From Macrostomum lignano (Eukaryota): DNA of 51,402 nucleotides. Made by a program: the position numbers and the translations under genes. The notes below the pieces were generated by a model. The model made no database searches. It was not told the origin of the DNA and saw nothing but the letters and a program-made list of their open reading frames with translations. The DNA lies in NCBI GenBank assembly GCA_002269645.1, contig NIVC01004298.1, positions 1 to 51,402 of the forward strand, in the 5' to 3' direction. The stretch's first letter is position 1, and every line of letters begins with the position of its first letter. Shown here piece by piece: positions 28,651 through 51,402 of the stretch.

Positions 28651-29716
28651 TCAGCCCATGACCAGGGAGAGGACGGCCATGACTCCGGCTGCGATGCCCG
28701 AGCACCCGGACAGGAAGCCCTTGGTGCTGTTGTAGGGCGCCCTGCTGGCGAAGATCTGGACGAGGACAAGGATGCCTGCATTGCGGAGGGGGAGGGAGAG
28801 AAGTGCGAGCTGGACTCGAATCTCTGCAACACCAAAAATCCGACTTAAGTAGATTTAGCTTGTCAGAGTTGACTTCTCAGATCACCTCTGGGTAGGATTT
28901 CCAATTACTCATGCGATGCTTTAGTGGAGAAGCAGCGAGTATCGCAGTGTTTACAACAGCTATTAATCCCTTTTTAACCTATCTGCTTTTAATTAAAAAT
29001 CCGCCAGCTAATTAAATAGCTAAATATACATTCAGCAACAGCCCACCACAAGCATGCAAAAGTACAACTACTGGTCGTAGCATGGGGGGCAATGGTCAGG
29101 ATCTTTCATCGGTGGGATTTAGCACCAGGGGCTTTAGCACCAGGGGCTTTAGCACCAGGGGCTTTAGCACCAGGGGCTTTAGCACCAGTGGCTTTAGCAC
29201 CAGGGGCTTTAGCACCAGGGGCTTTAGCACCAGGGGCTTTAGCACCAGGGGCTTTAGCATTTAGCACCAGGGGCTTTAGCACCAGTGGCGACAGCACCTG
29301 AGGCGCCAGCACCATGATCATCCTGAGTAGTATTCTAATCATCGGTTGGATAAACTCTTGGAGACGCTGCATTGATCACCGATGCCTTGTTGGTAAGCTC
29401 ACTTTGGGTGTCAATTCAATAGCAGTAATGTACATGGATGTACATGCAAGTAAAGGTACAAATCAATCATCTTACCAGCCAGAATAGCGGCCACGGCGAA
29501 CACAATCAGAACAATCTTATTGTTGGCCTCGTCTACAAAGATGTAGGCCGTGATGAGCACGATGGCGCCAGTGTAGAAAAAGAAGGCCAGCACAGCCGTG
29601 GCCTGGCCGCCGGCGCTGCCCCAGCCAAACGAAGTGAACAGCAGCAGGCAGAACCCGATGACTGTGAAGAAGAAGGCCAACTTCAACCACTTACTCTGGC
29701 TGTCGAGGTCTCCCAT
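28651..29716 (-). CDS. Small four-transmembrane protein (121 aa, 2 exons), claudin/MARVEL-like topology, family unassigned
   Basis: Exon 1 is 29716-29476 (G|GTAAG). Exon 2 is 28775-28651 (CTCCCCCTCCGCAATGCAG|GC...GGC TGA). The joined protein has four hydrophobic segments with short loops. Confidence 0.7.
29118..29285. repeat. 15-bp minisatellite TTAGCACCAGGGGCT (~11 copies) in the intron of the 4-TM gene
   Basis: Direct observation. Confidence 0.93.
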
Positions 29717-32383
29717 ACTGGCTTGGCTAGGAGTTGCACAATGATAAACTAACTATTGCTTCAAACAGCCGTTGTAACTGCAAACCAGAGCTGCCAATGC
29801 CTTTTATCGAGCGATTCTCGATTCCGTGCGCCCCCACCTCAGCGCCTCTGTCCATGAGGGACAACGCCCCTTTGCTTCTCTGCGCTGCTGTCTGCATACC
29901 ATGGGGACACAGGGCGAGAGGAGAGAAGAGGAGAGAGAGAGAGAGCATAGAGAGGGGAAGGAAGCTTCACGGCGTTGTCAATGACAACCAAAGCAAAACT
30001 TGCACAGGAGTAGAAAGGAAGTTTTGAAAAAAGTCTTTGCCGAGAGTCGTGACCAACAGAGCGTGAGGGTGGAGCTGACAGGTAAATTGTACGTTCACCT
30101 GTAGGTGTACAGCATACTGTATTGGAGAGACGAGGACCTCAGTACAGAATCAACTTCCTACCGCACCTCCTCTCCAATGTTTACATTTTCTCTCCCTTTC
30201 ATTCATTGCTGGGGTGACCCTACAGTAAATAGCTGCATGTATTGGAATCCGAGTCGACTTATTTATGCGCTCCCATTATATATTTCTCTTAACTTTCGTG
30301 TGCAGAGTTTTGGGGGCAGCTATAATAGTTTCTCGGTCTCGGTGTTTGCTCAAATCTCTACCTGACTGGTCTCTTTTTGGCCAGCCTAATTCTGTCGGCG
30401 CTTTAACAAAATAAAGCTATATAAATATGTAAAACTGCATCTCCTTCTCTGGAAATACCAGTTGCATGTATTTAATTCTGATCTTAGTTACTTCTGAACA
30501 AGCCATGAAATTAAAGTATATCTGTATTTAGCGAATTCGCCTCATTATGGATCTATTTTCAAAGTTTTTTCAGACTTATAAAATGATATTTTCAAACTAA
30601 TAAAATGACCATATTCATGTTCAAAGCTTCAATGTACATAATATGGTCTGTTGCTTGCCGCTTTTATATGCTATACTTGTATTGGTTCATTTCATTTAAA
30701 TGATATGTGAGTGAAACCAGTTGATAACTTATTTAGTCAGTACATCGTATTTAGTATTATCTATATTTAATCACTTTTCATACGTTGGACTAAACTCAAA
30801 TCACATTTAAACACCATTAAAAGCAATACATGGAAATGAACAATTCATTAAAAAGCCGAACAACTTTTCCTGAGTTTTGAAATCTATACAAAAAAACTAT
30901 TTTAAATCCAATTCCAAGATGGATCTCGGGAAAAATCCTCTGCTAAGATTCTTAATTTGACAAGGAGATAGTTATGTGAATCAAACTACATCACATACAC
31001 ATGTCACGATTATACATATACATATGTACATCACATGTACATGTAGACAGAGTCAACTCGTACAGGTTTGGGCAACCAAAACCATAAAGCTAACAATAAA
31101 CAGTGCAAGAACTAAATTACCTCTCTAAAAATTGCCCTCCTAAAAAATGCCTCGCGAGCGTTTAAGGAATCATTGCTACTGCAGTTGTTGCAGATTAGCG
31201 ACATATAATACATGTTACTTAAGAAGCAAAATATGGTCTTAGTTTGTACAGAAATGATTCATCTGCCGGTACAGTGTAGCAGATTTCCACGAGTAACACT
31301 TTAAGTTAGCGAAGTCAACTCTTTAAAGCAGTTAATAAGGAACGTAGGAACCTCTCAACTTTTAGTAAAGTAAATCTGTAACGTTGAAAGTAACGTAATT
31401 TTCGCGTCATACTTTTTGTATGACTGGCGGGATTTTAATTTACAGCGTGAAAAGTTTTTTTGCTAGCTAGCTTAGCGAGCAAGCGAGCCAAAAGTTTAAT
31501 ATGATTTGGCTATTGATTCGATTTCGTTTGTTCCTTTCAATTGCTGTTATTTGATGGCTCTATACTACAGTACTATTCCAGGCTATAGCATGCTAAATTA
31601 TGCATGCGAAATGCTAGTCTATAATAATTTAGTCTTACACCATATCAATAAATAAAATTAGAAATTACCTGGGCAACAATGCAGCTATGAGCTATTTAAA
31701 CATATGTTTATTGTGCTTTTACATTGTTTGTTGCCCTATTTCTTCAAAATTTTCTTTTTTACCTATTAGTTCTTAAATAAAACAAAGTCAATGTAATATA
31801 TTTTACAGTATACAAAAAAGAATATTATAATGAATTCTAGAAAACTTGTTAAAACAATAACAATAACAATCACAAAAACAAGTATTTTGTCAAAAAATAA
31901 TTATAATTACCTTGATCAGTTTTTTTGAAATTTTATGTCTTTTTTAGGAATATAATTTTTGTTTGATTTGGTTTAACTTTTGTTTAAAATTTAAATAGAT
32001 CAGAATTATTTTAATATGTGATTCATTTGCACTTTATCTTTGTTTGAATTTTAATGGTTTTTGCATTTGTTTAGAAAGAAATTTAAAATTTTGTTTAGAA
32101 AATTTAAATATGTTATTTCAGTAGTCCTTGCTATTCTTAATTATTTGATTGGGAATAAATTGAATAAATAAATATGTATATAATTCATCATGCATAATTT
32201 AAACTATTTTAATGCTTATAATGTGTATATACTAGGTCTTCTTTTCTTCTTATTCCGCTTTTATCATAATTATCATTATACAAAACTAGCTATACATATA
32301 TTAAAGGCAAAATATTATTGTATAGATAAATTTTGAACTTCATGAATATTTTAATAAAAAATGACTTCGCAAATTTCCCCATG

Positions 32384-32395
32384 ATTGGCCAATCG
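32384..32395. promoter_or_regulatory. Palindromic double CCAAT box (GATTGGCCAATC) about 20 bp upstream of the PPP1R2 ATG
   Basis: 12-bp perfect palindrome at the edge of an AT-rich block; function inferred only. Confidence 0.35.
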
Positions 32396-32415
32396 GGTCC
32401 AGCAAAGCCTAGCAA

Positions 32416-35034
32416 ATGTCCAACATTCCCCCGCCACTCAACCTGCGACCCAAAAAGGGCATTCTAAAGTCTCGCAGTCACCATCATCGTCTGTCGCAAC
32501 AGCTGCGACCAGAGCATCAGCAGCAGCTGCAGATGCGGTTGAAACAGCAGCAACAGCAGGATGGCCTGACACCAGACGAGAGCACAGCTGGCTCTGCCTC
32601 CCACAAGCTGTTCCAATGGGACGAGATGAATATTCTAGCCACTTACCACCCTGCAGGTAGACTTTGAGCTTAACTGACAATAACTGACTGTTGAGTGAGT
32701 GATCCCAGATCCTCCCAGTCCCTCAGGGTGACTCAGTGATCCCAGATCCTCTCAGTCCCTCAGGGTGACTCAGTGATCCCAGATCCTCTCAGTCCCTCAG
32801 GGTGACTCAGTAATCTCAGATCCTCTCAGTCCCTCAGGGTGACTCAGTGATCCCAGATCCTCCCAGTCCCTCAGGGTGACTCAGTGATCCCAGATCCTCT
32901 CAGTCCCTCAGGGTGACTCAGTGATCCCAGATCCTCCCAGTCCCTCAGGGTGACTCAGTGATCCCAGATCCTCCCAGTCCCTCAGGGTGACTCAGTGATC
33001 CCAGATCCTCTCAGTCCCTCAGGGTGACTCAGTGATCCCAGATCCTCTCAGTCCCTCAGGGTGACTCAGTAATCTCAGATCCTCTCAGTCCCTCAGAGTG
33101 ACTCAGTGATCCCAGATCCTCTCAGTCCCTCAGGGTGACTCAGTGATCCCAGATCCTCCCAGTCCCTCAGGGTGACTCAGTGATCCCAGATCCTCTCAGT
33201 CCCTCAGGGTGACTCAGTGATCCCAGATCCTCCCAGTCCCTCAGGGTGACTCAGTGATCCCAGATCCTCCCAGTCCCTCAGGGTGACTCAGTAATCTCAG
33301 ATCCTCTCAGTCCCTCAGAGTGACTCAGTGATCCCAGATCCTCCCAGTCCCTCAGGGTGACTCAGTGATCCCAGATCCTGCCAGTCCCTCAGGGTGACTC
33401 AGTAATCTCAGATCCTCTCAGTCCCTCAGAGTGACTCAGTGATCCCAGATCCTCCCAGTCCCTCAGGGTGACTCAGTGATCCCAGATCCTGCCAGTCCCT
33501 CAGGGTGACTCAGTAATCCCAGATCCTCTCAGTCCCTCAGAGTGACTCAGTGATCCCAGATCCTCCCAGTCCCTCAGAGTGACGCAGTGATCCCAGATCC
33601 TCCCAGTCCCTCAGGGTGACTCAGTGATCCCAGATCCTCCCAGTCCCTCAGAGTGACGCAGTGATCCCAGATCCTCCCAGTCCCTCAAGGTGACTCAGTG
33701 ATCCCAGGTCGTCCCAGTCCCTCAGAGTGACTCAGTGATCCCAGATCCTCCCAGTCCCTCAGGGTGACTCAGTGATCCCAGATCCTCCCAGTCCCTCAGG
33801 GTGACTCAGTGATCCCAGATCCTCCCAGTCCCTCAGGGTGACTCAGTGATCCCAGATCCTCTCAGTCCCTCAGGGTGACTCAGTGATCCCAGATCCTCCC
33901 AGTCCCTCAGGGTGACTCAGTAATCTCAGATCCTCTCAGTCCCTCAGAGTGACTCAGTGATCCCAGATCCTCCCAGTCCCTCAGAGTGACGCAGTGATCC
34001 CAGATCCTCCCAGTCCCTCAAGGTGACTCAGTGATCCCAGGTCGTCCCAGTCCCTCAGGGTGACTCAGTGATCCCAGATCCTCCCAGTCCCTCAGGGTGA
34101 CTCAGTGATCCCAGATCCTCCCAGTCCTCAGGGTGACTCAGTGATCCCAGATCCTCTCAGTCCCTCAGGGTGACTCAGTGATCCCAGATCCTCTCAGTCC
34201 CTCAGGGTGACTCAGTGATCCCAGATCCTCTCAGTCCCTCAGGGTGACTCAGTAATCTCAGATCCTCTCAGTCCCTCAGAGTGACTCAGTGATCCCAGAT
34301 CCTCTCAGTCCCTCAGGGTGACTCAGTGATCCCAGATCCTCCCAGTCCCTCAGGGTGACTCAGTGATCCCAGATCCTCTCAGTCCCTCAGGGTGACTCAG
34401 TGATCCCAGATCCTCCCAGTCCCTCAAGGTGACTCAGTGATCCCAGGTCGTCCCAGTCCCTCAGGGTGACTCAGTGATCCCAGATCCTCCCAGTCCCTCA
34501 GGGTGACTCAGTGATCCCAGATCCTCCCAGTCCCTCAGGGTGACTCAGTGATCCCAGATCCCCCTTTCGCTGATTCAGTGACTCAGTGCTCCCCGTTTGG
34601 AACCTACCGCACCCCAACCAGGCAAGGACTACGGCCACATGAAGGTGGACGAAGCGCCGACGCCTTACGAGGCGGCCCAGCCGGTCACCGAGGAAGATGA
34701 GGACCAGGACAGTGGTGGCGGCGGGCAGCCCCGGACCCGCCGCGCCAGCTTTGGTGACGCAGTGCCGGCCGAGTTGCTGGCCTCCCGGCTGCGCGCCGAG
34801 GCCGCCGATTCTGGTGGCGCCGGCGCCAACGCGCCATTGTCGCCGGTGCACGATTTGGACGCCGACGAGAGCGAGCTGAGCGCCGAGGAGCGGGAGAGAA
34901 GGCGCCAATTTCGGTTAAAACGGAAGCAGCACTACAATGAGTTCCAGGCGGCGCTTGTTGCTAGGCAACAGAGTCAGGAGGACGAAGATGACGAGGAGAA
35001 ATGCGACGAAGCGGTTGGCATGGAATCCGGGTGA
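32416..35034 (+). CDS. PPP1R2: Protein phosphatase 1 inhibitor-2 (IPP-2 family), 2 exons, 217 aa
   Basis: Exon 1 is 32416-32656 (G|GTAG); exon 2 is 34622-35034 (CCAG|GC). Motifs: KKGILK, FQWDEMNILATYHPA, GKDYGHMKVDEAPTPY and F..KRKQHYNE. Confidence 0.93.
32694..34561. repeat. 37-bp minisatellite GTGACTCAGTGATCCCAGATCCTCYCAGTCCCTCAGG (~50 copies) making up about 95% of the PPP1R2 intron
   Basis: Direct observation. Confidence 0.97.
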
Positions 35035-35057
35035 TCGGGGAGTCGGGGTACGCGGAT

Positions 35058-35255
35058 TTTAAGATTGGGATTGGGATTTTTGGGATCAGAAGTTGAAGAT
35101 TGGGATTTTTGGGATCAGGAGTTGAAGATTGGGATTTTTGGGATCAGGAGTTGAAGATTGGGATTTTTGGGATCAGGAGTTGAAGATTGGGATTTTTGGA
35201 CTTGGGAGTTGAAGATTGGGATTTTCGGACTAGGGAGTTAAAGATTGGGATTTTT
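35058..35255. repeat. ~29-bp minisatellite GGGATCAGGAGTTGAAGATTGGGATTTTT (~6 copies) in the PPP1R2 3' region
   Basis: Direct observation. Confidence 0.9.
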
Positions 35256-36943
35256 ACTCTGAAGTCGGGACGTGGACACTTTCTTTGAGAGTCCTATTCA
35301 GAGATCACGAGTCGAAAAAAGCAGTTCGAATGCACTTTCTGCAATACTAGCATAGGTTATTGTAGTGTTAGCAATCTTCATTCTGCTATATCTCCTAGCT
35401 ATCTTCTTCACTTATCTCTGATCGAAAAGTTAATCATAGCTGTGAATGTATTTTTGTTAAGCTTTGGCACCATTTTTACATATCTCACACTTGTACGTTT
35501 ACTACTTGGAATTGGCAAATAATTGGCTAGCTTTGCTTAACCTTTTGTTTATCGCATTAGCCGAATTTCTAAGAAAAATTAATTTCCTCATTTCAATAGT
35601 TTGCGAGGTTGTTTCTTTTAACTATTTTTATTGCTACATTTTGTCATCTGCAGAGAGAGAGCATCGTTGTATCAGATTATTTTCTTAGGACTACTAATAT
35701 AAGTAGGCAGTTTGGCGCATGCAATCAATTGTTTAGAACAATATTTTATCAGTAAAAATAATTATAATTGTCAAGATCTCCGCGCTGCCAACACACTGTT
35801 TATGTGTTGTGATGTATCCTAATTCTTATGCACCCAAAATGATACTACTTGGAGTAGTATATAATAAAAAACTGGCAAAGCCTGTCTGTCTTCTAGCAGA
35901 CACGAGAATTGATTCCTGTTGTGAGGCCCTGATTGCAACAGGTCAATTATTAATGTATATTATAGCTTTACATTCCAATCAAAGGTTGAGGTAACTGCGG
36001 CCGACATTGTAGTTGAAGCTTCATCTGACTCACTTTTAGCAAGCGAAAGCAATCGTCATAAAGAGCTGCGCTTTCAAAACAAGCAAAAAAATCGCACAAC
36101 AAAACGCAAGCACAGAAAAAGCAAAGCAACTCAAATTTAGCAAAAATGAGGTGGTCAAATATTTGTAGTTGTTTGTAACACAATGAACTGCTGTGGATGC
36201 GCTACATATAGTACTAATCAGTTTAAAAAACATGGAACTATCCTTCAGTAAAAGAATCAGTGCGCTAAGACACGGACAGGTATGTACAATTATTCCATAT
36301 GGCTGTGCTGAAGCAATACTTATTATTGATGTTAGGGCCAGCCGCATGCACAGTTGTCACCGTTAGACTAGTTAAAGTTGCCAAGCGACTTTATACACGT
36401 AATTATTGTATGGAATCCTGATTCTGCTCATTTAAGTTTTCATATTCCATTGTATATCGCATCCGAAAGACAAAAACAGCAAAGCGGGTTGAACAACACT
36501 TAGAAGAACGGCAATTGCATTAAAAACTGACAGTCAAATACGCACACTGCTGCTCTGAGTAGCGTATACAGCGAATTTGATAGAAAATGTGCTAAAAATT
36601 GATACTTACGTAAAAAGCGAAGTTTTGTGACTGCGCAGATTTTATTCAGCATATAAAATATTAGTAATAGCAAAAATATGTTAATCATGAGAAGTATTTT
36701 TATAAAAAAAAACACGCGGTGTTGCGAATCGGAGGAACGCATTGCTTGACAAAGACGTGTTGAGTGATCATCATATATCGATATTTAACAGGATCAGACT
36801 ATTGCTGGTTTGGATGGGGGGAATCATAGTGTTCATTATTAAGACCTTGACTATGCACATCAGCCTCCGGTTTCAAGCTGTCTATAAGCAAAATCGCATG
36901 ATATAAGAAAATGCCAGATTAGTGTGTTATTAATGATCCCAGC

Positions 36944-50694
<13,751 letters not shown>

Positions 50695-50709
50695 CTGGAT
50701 TGGGTAAGG

Positions 50710-51402
50710 GGTGGGGGCGGCCGGTGCTGGATCACTGTGAATTAGTCATTCTGTCACTGGACACTATATGCATTGGTCACTGTGAATTAGTCATTCTGTC
50801 ACTGGACACTATATGCATTGGTCACTGTGAATTAGTCATTCTGTCACTGGACACTATATGCATTGGTCACTGTGAATTAGTCATTCTGTCACTGGACACT
50901 ATATGCATTGGTCACTGTGAATCAGTCATTCGGTCATTGGACACTATATGCATTGGTCACTGTGAATTAGTCATTCGGTCATTGGACACTATATGCATTG
51001 GTCACTGCGAATCAGTCATTCTGTCACTGGACACTATATGCATTGGTCACTGTGAATCAGTCATTCTGTCACTGGACACTATATGCATTGGTCACTGTGA
51101 ATCAGTCATTCGGTCATTGGACACTATATGCATTGGTCACTGTGAATTAGTCATTCTGTCACTGGACACTATATGCATTGGTCACTGTGAATCAGTGATT
51201 CTGTCACTGGACACTATATGCATTGGTCACTGTGAATTAGTCATTTGTCACTGGACACTATATGCATTGGTCACTGTGAATTAGTCATTCTGTCACTGGA
51301 CACTATATGCATTGGTCACTGTGAATCAGTCATTCTGTCACTGGACACTATATCATTGGTCACTGTGAATTAGTCATTCTGTCATGGACACTATATGCAT
51401 TG
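50710..51402. repeat. 45-bp minisatellite GGTCACTGTGAATTAGTCATTCTGTCACTGGACACTATATGCATT (~15 copies), truncated by the window end
   Basis: Direct observation; the final copies carry single-base deletions. Confidence 0.95.

Noticed and set aside
29106-29385. Alternative second exon for the 4-TM gene
   Set aside because: All phase-1 acceptors here lead to stops within 16 codons or into the 15-bp array; the exon at 28775-28651 supplies the missing TM3 end and TM4.
32694-34561. 37-bp repeat array as a CRISPR array (also considered for the 27-45-bp arrays elsewhere)
   Set aside because: Units are head-to-tail with no unique spacers, no cas genes are present, and the context is a spliceosomal intron.
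35809-36742. Hydrophobic short ORFs between PPP1R2 and Fat
   Set aside because: AT-rich composition unlike the real exons, no consistent splice chain and no motif.

Overview
Eukaryotic (metazoan) genomic DNA with GC-rich, Ala/Gln/Gly-run-rich exons and introns filled by intron-specific minisatellites. This style suggests a free-living flatworm such as Macrostomum; that assignment is inference, not a database result. Seven protein-coding genes can be modelled from splice phases: (1) a class A peptide-type GPCR (-, 533-2765, 3 exons, four frame breaks in the last exon); (2) a 9-exon MAST-family Ser/Thr kinase (-, 7127-25025, about 1599 aa, all phases compatible); (3) an intronless MICU2/3-type mitochondrial EF-hand gene nested antisense inside a MAST intron (+, 12656-13950, one frame break); (4) a secreted antistasin-like Cys-rich protein (-, 27142-27795); (5) a 121-aa four-TM protein that the ORF track splits (-, 28651-29716); (6) protein phosphatase 1 inhibitor-2 (+, 32416-35034); (7) the 3' part of a Fat1/2/3-type giant cadherin (-, 36944 to beyond 50694). 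About 25 unrelated tandem arrays occupy a large part of the non-coding DNA and often abut splice sites. The most unexplained features are an 853-bp non-coding element flanked by a perfect 15-bp direct repeat, with a (TCATAG)n tail and two diverged ~160-nt structured modules, and paired ATGTACAT motifs upstream of several genes. The frame breaks are mostly single missing bases in short runs and are more likely consensus errors than true pseudogenisation. No rRNA, tRNA, CRISPR array or autonomous transposon ORF was recognised.
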